64,000 nucleotides of DNA from a virus, in IMG/VR virus record IMGVR_UViG_3300002052_000634, positions 36,618 to 100,617 of that record; one strand, written 5' to 3'. The translations under genes and the position numbers were made by a program. The notes under the pieces are model-generated. The model ran no database searches and was not told the origin of the DNA. It saw only the letters and a list, made by a program, of their open reading frames with translations. Positions 18,048 through 29,266 of the stretch are shown in pieces (the first letter of the stretch is position 1; the number at the start of each line of letters is the position of its first letter).

Positions 18048-19093
18048 TATCCGATAATATGGTATACTTGAATTAAGGAAAGGAAAAGGTGATAATATGA
18101 CATTACGAGATAAATTGATAAACGAAATAATAGATAACGATTTTACACAGATGACAAAAGAAGATTTGGAAAGTCAAGGTTACGACTCTACAAAATTTGA
18201 GGCAGAAGGGTCAATCTGGATTGTGTATATTTACGATTGCATGAGGAATTATTACCAGAAAAATAAAACAGAAATTGATAACAGAGTGAATGAAATTTTG
18301 AAAGAGAATATAATAGAATAACAAAAGGAAAATAAAATGAAAATTAAAGCAATATCACAAGTTAAAACAAAAAACGAAGCAAGGACAATAGCTATAAACT
18401 GGCAAATATGGCAAAGTAAAAAATCGTTAAGTTATAAGGAAATAATAAACTGGTATAATTATTTTATATCATTAGCCGAGAAATTTAATTTAAAAAAGGA
18501 ATTTAGAGAAAACGCTATAATATAACAAGGAGATGAAAAAATGAAAACTATTGACGAAATAAAAAAAGAATATGCAGAAAAATATAGACTAGAGTTAAGC
18601 GATTATCAGGCAAAAATTGCCCAGAAGCATGAAGTTATTGATAATGACATAAAATTAAATGGTTGTGACGTTGTTAGAATTAGCTTTTATTCTGACGAAG
18701 CAAAAAAAGCTATAAAAGAATATATCACTAATAACGAAATACCTGTTATAAGAGACGGAAAAGTAAATGCTGGTTGGTATTTTGGCAATTATTGTCTCTG
18801 TTTTTTAAGAATAAAAGACGCCGATAGGCTCATAGAGGTATTAAAAGACCATAAAATAGTAAAGGACTTGACAAGGCATTATATAGGCAAAAATGACGTT
18901 AAGGACTTCAAAATAGGCGATAAAGTGTATTGTTACGCTGAAAACTTTTTCGGCGGTATATCGCAAAGTAAAGGCACAGTTTACAATATTACAGATAATA
19001 ATATCACTATACGGAAATATAGAAGTAAAAGCAAAGGGTGGATATTAAATTTTGGAGATGTAGGTAAAATAGAAAAAAGAAAGTGAGGACAAT

Positions 19094-19513
19094 ATGACCA
19101 CTAAAGAATTGAAAAACATTATAACAGACTTGAAACAGAATTTTGATAAAGATGAACGAAAAGAGATAATCGAAAATATGCAAAATGAGGAAACTGACTT
19201 TGAAGTTGCAGATTATCGCTTTATTCACAAAGATAATATTGACGAAATTTTAAAAGATGAGTTGTTAAGTGATGAGTATATGTTAGGGTGTTTTTCGGCA
19301 TGTTTTATAGCTGATATTACAGGACTTGACTATAATATCGTTGAGAAGGCACAGAAAGCCGAGAATTTTGAGTTATTAGGGGCTTTAATGGCTCAAAAAA
19401 TAGATGATGTAGTTGACGGATTTATTTCAAATGACGGATACGGACATCATTTTGGACATTATGACGGTACGGAATATGAAACGGGAGAATATTATTATTT
19501 TCGTATTAACTAA
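19094..19513 (+). CDS. Acidic conserved phage early protein
   Basis: Very acidic, with C-terminal DGYGHHFGHYDG.E....YY.FRIN. Confidence 0.55.
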   Translation: MTTKELKNIITDLKQNFDKDERKEIIENMQNEETDFEVADYRFIHKDNIDEILKDELLSDEYMLGCFSACFIADITGLDYNIVEKAQKAENFELLGALMAQKIDDVVDGFISNDGYGHHFGHYDGTEYETGEYYYFRIN

Positions 19514-19524
19514 TAGGGGCATAT

Positions 19525-19869
19525 ATGGAGATTAAAAAATTATATAAATTTAGAGATTGCATATCTGAAAGTCAACGAGTATATCATTATTTAAAAAATA
19601 AAGGATATAATCCTTATATGATAGAGGGATATGTAGAAGTAAATAATCCTCTTGACATTTTACCAGATAAAGAATTTTTATTTTTCTTTTATCCCGACGA
19701 ACTCAAAAAAGTTGAACAGGATATATATTATGAAGATTATCCGAAAGTATTAAAACATACTTGGATAGAAGTTAATAATCATAAAATAGATATTACAAAA
19801 AATCAATTTGATATTTATAATGGAATATCAAAATATTATTCATTAGAAAAATATAATATAGAGGTATAA
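19525..19869 (+). CDS. Transglutaminase/papain-like protein
   Basis: Candidate Cys-His-Asp triad: DCISES, HTWIEV, IDITKNQF. Confidence 0.6.
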   Translation: MEIKKLYKFRDCISESQRVYHYLKNKGYNPYMIEGYVEVNNPLDILPDKEFLFFFYPDELKKVEQDIYYEDYPKVLKHTWIEVNNHKIDITKNQFDIYNGISKYYSLEKYNIEV

Positions 19870-20220
19870 TATTATGAAGTGTAAATATTGCGATGGAGAA
19901 GTAAACGAAAAAATTTGTATTAAATGTTTAATGCCCCAAGATATACCAGAAAAAGAAAAGGAAAAAAATAATGAATAATATGACTTTATTTTCATTAGCA
20001 TATTTACAGTTAAAAAGAGAGGGTAAACTTGACGCTGATAATTTTATGGAATTGCTTTTTGATAGAACCGAAACTATTGGCAAATATATGAGCAAACAAA
20101 GGTGGAGTGAAGGGTTAAGAAAAAGAAAAGTTGGCTTAAAAAACTAACTTTTGAGAACAAGTTGTCCGTTAAAATAGACAATAGATAGTTTTTTCGACGA
20201 AAGAAAAATTTTGTGAGGAC

Positions 20221-20249
20221 TTGACAAGTTAGGAATATTCAAGTATACT
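20221..20249 (+). promoter_or_regulatory. Early promoter
   Basis: TTGACA-17-TATACT. Confidence 0.75.
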
Positions 20250-20850
20250 ACAATTAGAGGTGATAAAAATGAAAGTAAAATATGAAACTATAAAATTATA
20301 CTCCGAAAGAGATTTTGAAAGAGCCGAAAATCTAAAACATAGAGGATATAAAATAATATCAGTAGGATTTGAAACTGTAACTTTAATGAAAAAAGGAATA
20401 CAATATGACTATAAAAGAAATTAAAAAAAGTATAAGACAGCTTAATAAGCTAAAAAAGAATACACAAGTAGGCACAGAAGCTAGGCGAGATATTAACCGC
20501 CATATACGGAAATTAAAGAATAAACTTGACAATATAATACATTGTGACAATCCTGAAAAATTAGAGTTAATACAAAAAATAAATACTATAAGACCGTATT
20601 TTACAGATTTAAGGAAGTTTACAGTTAAGCAGTTGCAATATCACTATAATAAAATAAAGGAGGAAAAATAAAATGACAAAAGAAGAATTGTTACATGGTA
20701 TTTATGAAATTGGGGAATGGATTTATGGTGTTAGTGACGTAGCAGATGAAGATATTGAAACAGAAGAAAACGCCCATATATTGTATTTTTATAAAATATT
20801 AAATGAATTAGAACAAAAATTAAGAAAAAACTAAAAAAGGAGAAAAAATA

Positions 20851-21447
20851 ATGAAAGCCACAAAAAAAGTAACTTATCAAGTAGAAGATTTTGAAACGAC
20901 CTTTGAGCCGATTGAAGATAGTATCACGATAGAAAAAACAAAAGAAGGTTATACTATGAAATATCTTGTTAGAGATGATATACCATTAAGCCCTAGAGAA
21001 TGGGATAATCTTGGCACAATGGTATGTTTTCATAGGCGTTATGACTTAGGAGATAAACACGACTATACAGTTGAGGATATAAAGGAATTAGTAAAGAGAG
21101 AAGATATTATATCCTTACCTTTATATCTATATGACCATAGCGGTATCTCTATGAGGACATATCCTCATGGACACCACGTTGCATGGGATTGCGGACAGGT
21201 GGGGTATATATTTGTTACTAAGGAACGGATAAAAAAAGAATATGGAAAAGTTACTAAAAAGACTATTGAAAAGGCAATAGAAGTATTGAAGGGAGAAGTT
21301 GAAAATTATGACCAGTATATTCAAGGTGACGTTTATTGTTGTGTAGTAGAGACATATGACAAGGAAAAAAATCATCTTGATTATGACGTTGTAGGCGGTT
21401 ATTATGGTGTAGATTATGCTTTACAGGCATTAAAAGAGGAATATTAA
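20851..21447 (+). CDS. Conserved phage hypothetical protein
   Basis: PREWDNLGTM..FH.RY.LGD, LPLYLYDHSG and WD.GQVG motifs. Confidence 0.65.
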   Translation: MKATKKVTYQVEDFETTFEPIEDSITIEKTKEGYTMKYLVRDDIPLSPREWDNLGTMVCFHRRYDLGDKHDYTVEDIKELVKREDIISLPLYLYDHSGISMRTYPHGHHVAWDCGQVGYIFVTKERIKKEYGKVTKKTIEKAIEVLKGEVENYDQYIQGDVYCCVVETYDKEKNHLDYDVVGGYYGVDYALQALKEEY

Positions 21448-22281
21448 AAGGAGGATAACATTATGGCTAACGATATTGATATGTGGAGAGATATTGAAGA
21501 ATATGGGCAAGACCCTAACTCTACTCACGAATTTAATCAAGATTTGTTAGATTGTTATACAGCAAAGTATATTGAAGGGAATGAAGAAAACGCAGAGAAG
21601 TTTAAAGAAATGTTTATTGACAAGTATAAATTTTGGAATAATTGGTATTAAAAAAAGGAGGGAACGCTATGAAAAAGTATCAGGTACGGATAACTTACAA
21701 TGGAGATATTACTTTAGAAATTTTAGCTGATAGTAAAGAACAGGCTAGATTTTTTGCTGACGAAGAAATTAACAATATGAACGATAAAGAATATCTTGAA
21801 CATCTGAATTTAGAAATAGACAACGCAGAAATTACTGAAATATAATACTTGACATAAACAAGTAAGAATATGGTATACTTTAGATATAGGAGAAGATGAA
21901 ATGAATAATAACTATTCTTGTAAAAAATGTAAAAGAATATAACGATAGAGGATTAAACGAAAGAGAATAAAATGAAAAAATTTAAATTTTATTGTCCTAA
22001 TTGTGGTTGGGAAACAATGTTAGAAGAAGATTATTTAGAGCAGGGTGAACGTTGCTCTTTATGTGGAAAAATTTTAGTGTTAGACGAAGATAGCCTTGAT
22101 AATTTGATAGCAGAAGATATAGAAAGAGAACAATTAGAAACTATGCGAGAAAATATACAACGTAGAGGAAACGACGCAACGTGGTATGCTATTGAAAATA
22201 ATATAGACAATCCTTATACCAGAATGATGTTAAGGGGGCAGTTTTTTAGGGCAAGGGGACATTGTCCAGAGAAAGAAAATT

Positions 22282-22854
22282 ATGAACAAATATAAAATTT
22301 ATCAAAAACAATATCGAGAAAATCATAAAGAATATTTTAAAGAATATCAAAAGGAATATCAGAGAAAGAATAAACAAATCCTAAAAAAGAAACAAAAAAG
22401 ATATAGGCTTAAAAATAAAGAGAAAATTAAAATCAATAGAAAAGAATGGGTTAAAAATCATAAATATTATCAACATTATCATGGAGCAAAAAGACGTTGT
22501 AATAATATCAATAATAAAAACTATAAAAATTACGGAGGTAGAGGTATTAGATTTTTGATGACATTGACTGATTTCAAGTATTTATGGTATAGAGATAAAG
22601 CATATAATATGAAACAAGCAAGTATTGACAGAATAGATAATAATGGAAATTATGAATTAAGTAATTGCAAGTTTATAGAATTTACAGAAAATAATAGAAA
22701 AGATAAATGTAAATTAACTAAGTCACAAGTAAAAACGGTAAGAAGATTATATAAAAAAGGAAATATAACGCAAAAACAGCTAGAATTAAAATATAATGTA
22801 ACTAGAGAGGCTATAAAAAATATAATAAATAGAAAGACGTGGAAACATATTTAG
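22282..22854 (+). CDS. HNH-type homing endonuclease with C-terminal HTH
   Basis: RRC.N.....Y.NYGGRGI, SIDRIDNNGNY...NC and KLT...V...TWKH motifs. Confidence 0.85.
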   Translation: MNKYKIYQKQYRENHKEYFKEYQKEYQRKNKQILKKKQKRYRLKNKEKIKINRKEWVKNHKYYQHYHGAKRRCNNINNKNYKNYGGRGIRFLMTLTDFKYLWYRDKAYNMKQASIDRIDNNGNYELSNCKFIEFTENNRKDKCKLTKSQVKTVRRLYKKGNITQKQLELKYNVTREAIKNIINRKTWKHI

Positions 22855-23544
22855 GAGACGTTATGAATAAATTTAGAGTAGCAATTATGACAGACAAAAA
22901 AGTAATGAGCAAAAATTGTGATACGAGAGAAGAAGTTGACCAATTTATACTCGAAAATGACGCTAAACGGTTTAGGATATTAGATAGAGATTTGAATAGA
23001 GTTATTGAAAGTGATAAGGGAATAATTATAAAGGAGGAAAAATAACATGGATAAAACTAAACAATTAGATTATATCATTAATAGTTACAAAGGAATAACT
23101 TTACTATTGGAACAAGTAAGAGATAAAAAAATTACACCTGAACAAGCATTAAAATATTCTGATAGATATTTAAGAGACGAAGTTTATAGTGCGTTAGATA
23201 ATGCAGGGTATTTCGAGTAAAAATAAATTTGACATAGTAAAGTAGGAATATGGTATATTATAATTAAGGAGAAATTATGCAAATAATTTTGTTGAGTTTT
23301 TTAGGATTAACTTTGCTTGTTTTTTGTGTAGTAGACTTATATCATCTAAAACAAATATTAAAAACTTTACGGAGTATAGAGTATTATATAAGCAATATGG
23401 AAGAATTTGAAAGGATTAAATTAAATAATTGGAAATAATATGGGAATATTTCAAGATGTATGTAATTTAATAGAAATGATTTTTAAAAGTATATTTATAT
23501 TTACAGCATGGTTGTGTATGATTAAATATTTAACAAAAGATGAC

Positions 23545-23574
23545 TTGACACAGTAAATAATAATATGATATAAT
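23545..23574 (+). promoter_or_regulatory. Promoter
   Basis: TTGACA-18-TATAAT with TG. Similar sites occur at 21849, 23229, 24858 and 28559. Confidence 0.7.
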
Positions 23575-26500
23575 AAAAACAAAGGAGAATAAAATGAAAT
23601 ATAAAGTAGCGGATTTACAAATTAATGGAAGATATTTCAATGACGGACACATATTTGACGGTATAGAAGAAGTAGCCGACCACCTGATAGATTATCATAG
23701 CGTAGATTTTTCTGGTGCTGATGAAAACGATAATGAATTAGAAATTGAAGAATATTTAAAACATTATGGAATAATTACGCCAGAACAAAGACTTAATTGG
23801 GTATTAGAATATGGACAATGGGAGCTTGAAGAAGTGCCTGACTATGATAAAATAAGAGACATAATTGATAATTTCATAATATATGTTACTAGCAATGATG
23901 AATATAGAGAAGAATTAAGAGAAGCATTGGATATGTATTTGGAAGAAGGAGAACCGTTTTTTTAAATTAGGAGGATAATATGAAGAAAATTTTACTATTA
24001 ACGTGGTTAATATTGTTGACTATTGTTGCATTAGCTTTTGCTAATCCTATTTGTGACAGATGTGGACACGAAATGACTAGAGTGCCATGTGAAATAGGAG
24101 ACTTATATATTTGCAGGGATTGTGCGAAAGATATTATTGTTGACGTGGAAATTGAAGATGATACGAGAGAGAAAATAGATGAAAAGAATAAAGAAAGGAA
24201 AAATTATGAAAATATCGAGAAAAATTGATTGTCCTTATTGTGGAGTTGGAATAGTATATCATAATATAAACTTGGCGTATTTAGGCGAACAAGAAAAAGT
24301 TTTAACTTGCAATCTTGATGAGGAAGGTTGTGACAGGACTTTTGTGATAAAACTTAAACCTTCTTTAAATATCGAAGTAGGGAGAATAGAATATGACAGT
24401 CAGAAAACTACTTAAAAAATATCAGCGAATTCAAAAGGACGGATTTGAAATGGTTATTGTTCATCAAGTAGTAAATGACCTTTATCAAATAGTTAGAGAA
24501 TTAGATTATAAAAAGTATAAAAGGAGAGAAAGATATGGCAAATAGAAAGAAAAGAATAGGTTGGCAATTACTTCCTTTAAACAAAAGATTAACATTTGCA
24601 CAAAAAAAGAAACGTATTAAAAAAATAAATAGACGTAAAGAAAAATACGAATATCAAGAAAAGAAAGGGGAATAATATGATTAAACATGAAATAATTAAC
24701 AAAACAGAAGGGCATATAATAATTTATGCGAATGAACCTATCAGATTTGAAATATTAAAAGGGGCAGATAGTGGTTATTTAGTGTATGGATATAAAGGAA
24801 CAAAAATTAATAAAGAACAAGAGCCAGATTTTATTTACGACACTTTGCAAGATTAATTTGACATAGAAAAGAATAATAGGATATAATATAAATAGGAATA
24901 AAGAAATAAAAGAGGTAATAAATGCTAACAAAAGAAAAATTATTAAAAAAATTAGATAGATTTTTACCTGATACTGTTTTGGAATTAGTAAATTCTGGCG
25001 GTCATCTTTGTCTAATTATATTAGAAAGTGGAAAAGTATTATATAACACGAAAACAGAAATTTTAGGGTATAAATGTCCAAATAATTCAATGATATGTAA
25101 TCAGCAATATGCGTGTGACGCTTGTCCATATAATGAAGATTTAAAAAAGGAGAAATAATTATGAAATATCCAGAACATGAAAAATTGCAAAAAATACAAG
25201 ATAAATCTCAAACTATTGGAGAATTTTTAGATTGGTTAGGATATGAACATGAATATTTTATTTGTGAAAAATCTGGAAAATATCAAGAATGGTATCCTAT
25301 TTCACAAAATCATCAAAAATTACTGGCACAATATTTTGATATTAATTTAGATAAATTAGAACAAGAGAAAAAACAAATGTTAGAAGCATTAAAAAATGAG
25401 AGACGTTGAATTATTAGAAATTTTATATGGATTGGGTTGTCAAGGGGATAAAATAGCCTCTAATTATTATAACAGTTTAATTATGCCAAATTCACGATTT
25501 ACTTATGAAGAATATAAAACATTGAGAAAAATGGCAGAAAGGTATATTAATGAGACTTAAAACTTATTTAATTTGGGATTACAAAAATAGTAAAGTTACT
25601 TTTCAAGATGATTTGCCAGTTACTCATGCGGGAATAGAAATAGGGAAAATAATTAATGTAAAATTTAGTAAATTAACTGGTGTAGCAAAAATAGAAATGA
25701 AAATTTATGATAATAACGTGAAAAGAGTTAAACAATTATTGGAAAAAAAATAATGTTTACTTTTATTTATGCAAGACATAAAATACACCCAAAAGTAGAT
25801 AAATTACATGAACAATGGTATTTATTAATAGATTCAATACTCTCTTTTAATCAATTTATAGATAGAAGAAGTAAATTATTAGTCCAAAAATATTGGAATT
25901 TGAAAACCCGAAATAAAACTTTTGTTGGACATTTATCTGATACCGATGAAATACTTATCGAAACTGTTATGGAAAATAGACCTTTAAGAAAAACAATAGT
26001 AGATGACTGTACTACTTTAGATACTTTATTAGAAGGCTATTTTAATATATTTTTAAGAGAAGGTAGATTTGTGGTTAGTCCTAATAACGCTTTTAGAAAT
26101 ATTGACAGTAGTTTTAAAATTTTAAATAAAATAGAAAGAGAAGAATTAATTTTCCCAATTACTTCTGAGAAAGATATTCGTATATTAAAATGGAACAATG
26201 GAATTCACTATTACGCAAAGATAGGAAATCAGGACGTTATTTGGAATAGAAAACAAAAATGGAATAGCCATGAGGAAGCTTATGCCTGTGCTAATTTTTA
26301 TCTAAATAATTTATTAAAGGAGAATAAATGACAAAACCGAAACTAAATAAATGGAAAATTGAAATAGAAGTTATAGATAAAGGAGACCCTTTACTCTCTA
26401 ATATTTTAACTAATAAAAGAGACCGATATTATATAACTAAACGAGATATAAAAAATGATTTAAACTATTTTTTTAGAAAGATGAACCCATATTACAAAAT

Positions 26501-26944
26501 CAAGAACATCAGGAAAATAATATGAAATACGAGCTATATAAATATTTTGAAAGTAGATGTAATTACTTAGAAGCACAAAATCAAGCGTTAATTGATTTTA
26601 TATGTGCTTTTATTAGAAACGACTTGCCTAAAGATTGGGTAGCTGATAATTGGATTAAAAAACGAACAGAACAATATCTAAAAAATAAATATTAACATGA
26701 ACAAATGTAAAAAATGTAATAATCAATTAGTAATAATCCCTCCTACTGAACGATTGCAGGGGAAAGCTAAGGGGGATTTTTGGTGTAGAAATTGCCAGAA
26801 ATACTTTGATAAAGACGAAATAAAAACAGAGCCAGATTATATAACTCTCTGTCCTTATTGTAAAAAATATTTGGCAGATTGCGGATATATTTTTTGTTAT
26901 CATTGTGGAGAAAAATTAAAAAACCGATTAATAAAGGAGGTATT

Positions 26945-27688
26945 ATGATTAGAGTATTTTTTATAGGAATAATTGTAGCAATTTGTCTCTTTTTTGTTTC
27001 TTTATTTGCTTATGGAGAAGATTATTTAGATAATTATGGATTTTATCAATTCACCGACGAGAAATCTGCAAAAGATTATTTAATTGATAAAGAAATAGAT
27101 TACATTTATGACTATGAATATCCGAGTAAAAATGCAGGAGGAGAATATATACCTAGAGGAGATTATTATATTCCTATAAGATATTGGGATTGTAATGGAA
27201 GTAGAGTTGTTGATGAGGATTATATTGCAATAAAAGATTTTATGAATATTCCTTCTGACTATGATGAAAGACAAGATATTACTATAAATAATAATACCTC
27301 TATATTAAACGACCATAACAACATACTAAATAATCATTCTTCAAGATTAGATAATCACGAAAATCGATTAGATAGCTTAGAGGACACTCAATTTAATTTA
27401 ATGGGAGAAGTTAATATCTTGCAAGGAAAACGTTGGAAATTTGGAGCGTATGGTAAATATAATCTAAACAGAAACGTAACTTCGGAAGTTGGTCTTAAAA
27501 TTACAATAGATTTAGATAAATCTTGGAGTGTTAAGGAATTAGAGAAAGTTAATAAGAGATTAGAGGCACTAGAGTCAAAATTGAATAGACATAATATCAA
27601 GACCGAAACGGTAAAGACAGGCGACAAAACTTGGAGTATTAGAATTAAGGACAAGACCGACGCTATGAAAGTTATCAAGAGGTTTTAA
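26945..27688 (+). CDS. Exported protein with Asn/His coiled coil and beta-strand domain
   Basis: Signal peptide ending AYG, heptads NDHNNILNNHSSRLDNHENRLDSLE, then alternating beta-strands. Confidence 0.55.
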   Translation: MIRVFFIGIIVAICLFFVSLFAYGEDYLDNYGFYQFTDEKSAKDYLIDKEIDYIYDYEYPSKNAGGEYIPRGDYYIPIRYWDCNGSRVVDEDYIAIKDFMNIPSDYDERQDITINNNTSILNDHNNILNNHSSRLDNHENRLDSLEDTQFNLMGEVNILQGKRWKFGAYGKYNLNRNVTSEVGLKITIDLDKSWSVKELEKVNKRLEALESKLNRHNIKTETVKTGDKTWSIRIKDKTDAMKVIKRF

Positions 27689-27689
27689 T

Positions 27690-28208
27690 ATGCCAACTGG
27701 ATATGGAGAAGCAATATACTTATCAGAATTAGAGGCAAAAGTTGAACGACTTGAAGCAGAGGTTAAGAAGTATAAACGTTTGTCTCTAAAAGACCCTCTC
27801 ACGAATTTATGGAACGAAAGAAAACTGAAAGAAGATTTAAAACGTTATGTTGAAATTCAGAAAAGGTCAGAAATAAAATTTACTGTTGCTCTGATAGATA
27901 TAGATAATTTTAAACAATATAATGATAAATACGGACATGAATATGGAAATAAAATTTTAAAACAAGTAGCTAAAGTATTGAAAAATTCTATAAGAAAATA
28001 TGAAAATGTTTATCGAATAGGAGGAGGGGCTGATGAATTTATAATAATATTATCTCACAGTAACAATCCTTTATTTGTAATTGAACGAATAATAGACCGA
28101 TTATTAAAAAAAGATATTAATTGTAGTATAGGGTATGCTACTTTAGATAAAGATATATTAAAAACAATAGACGAAAGAATGTATGACTTTAAACAAAAAA
28201 AGAAATGA
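27690..28208 (+). CDS. GGDEF-domain (diguanylate cyclase-like) protein
   Basis: Coiled coil followed by DPLTNLWN, DIDNFKQYND.YGH, RIGGGADEF and SIG. Confidence 0.85.
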   Translation: MPTGYGEAIYLSELEAKVERLEAEVKKYKRLSLKDPLTNLWNERKLKEDLKRYVEIQKRSEIKFTVALIDIDNFKQYNDKYGHEYGNKILKQVAKVLKNSIRKYENVYRIGGGADEFIIILSHSNNPLFVIERIIDRLLKKDINCSIGYATLDKDILKTIDERMYDFKQKKK

Positions 28209-28456
28209 AATTTGTGGAATATGCAAATTACCTATCCATGAAACAAATTTGCATAAAATTAGCAAAGGGTATGTTCATTATATCTGTTGGTTACAATTTG
28301 AACAGAAAATTGATAATATGATAAAAGAAGATATAAAAAAACGCAGACCTATTATGTGGCTTAAAGCCATTGGAATATCAATAATTATTAATTTCTTTTT
28401 ATGGTGGGCTATATTGGAATTAATTAAACGAGCAATTAATATTTGGGGAGGATAAT

Positions 28457-28570
28457 ATGAGTAATAGAAAAAGATTAACGCATAATACTCGTATAGCTAA
28501 ACGTAAGAGACGCAGGAAACAACGTAAAAGATTAGGATTGCGTAGAGGAAGAAAGCACTTGACAAAGTAA
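28457..28570 (+). CDS. 37-aa Arg/Lys-rich peptide
   Basis: MSNRKRLTHNTRIAKRKRRRKQRKRLGLRRGRKHLTK, with GGAGG RBS. Confidence 0.55.
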   Translation: MSNRKRLTHNTRIAKRKRRRKQRKRLGLRRGRKHLTK

Positions 28571-28605
28571 GTTATAATATGATATACTAGAAGTAGGAGG
28601 ATATT

Positions 28606-29082
28606 TTGCAAACATTTTTACCTTATTCCGATTTTAATAAAACTGCTAAATGCTTAGATTATAAACGTCTCGGAAAGCAACGTGTCGAAACGTGGCAAAT
28701 ATATAAAGCATTAACAGAAGAAGAATATGGGTGGAAAAATCATCCTATTGTTCGGATGTGGAAAGGATATGAAACCACTCTTTTATGTTATGGAATGGTA
28801 ATATGTAAAGAATGGATTTCAAGAGGATATAAAGACAATATGTTTAGCAAATTTCTATTAGAATATATGACATTACAAAAATTAGATGTAGTTTATGAAC
28901 TTTTAAAATATTTAAATAATTTCGGAAAATGTTTAAAATATCCTTCATGGCTCGGCAATAAAAAATTTCACGCTAGTCATAGGTCAAATTTATTACGTAA
29001 GAATAAAGAGTATTATTCTCAATTTGATTGGACAGAACCTGATAATTTACCGTATGTGTGGATAACAGGAGATAAAAAATGA
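28606..29082 (+). CDS. Pyrimidine-dimer DNA glycosylase (DenV/MSMEG_6728-like)
   Basis: QTFLPY, LD.KRLGKQRVE, HP.VRMW.G, SHRSNLLRK and LPYVW motifs. Confidence 0.85.
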   Translation: MQTFLPYSDFNKTAKCLDYKRLGKQRVETWQIYKALTEEEYGWKNHPIVRMWKGYETTLLCYGMVICKEWISRGYKDNMFSKFLLEYMTLQKLDVVYELLKYLNNFGKCLKYPSWLGNKKFHASHRSNLLRKNKEYYSQFDWTEPDNLPYVWITGDKK

Positions 29083-29266
29083 AAGTCCAATTAAGATATA
29101 AAATGAATGGGCAATTATATGGATTAAAACAAAATATATCTATAAAAGAAGCAAAAAAATTATATAATAAAAGATTACAAAACAATCCTAACATTAAAGA
29201 AGTTTATTTAATTAGATTTGACGGTTAGAAATGGATAAGATATAAAACCTTAAAGGGTTAAATAAT

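Noticed and set aside
19094-19513. ArdA/Ocr DNA mimic
   Set aside because: The protein is acidic and early, but the ArdA C-terminal motif is not recognisable.
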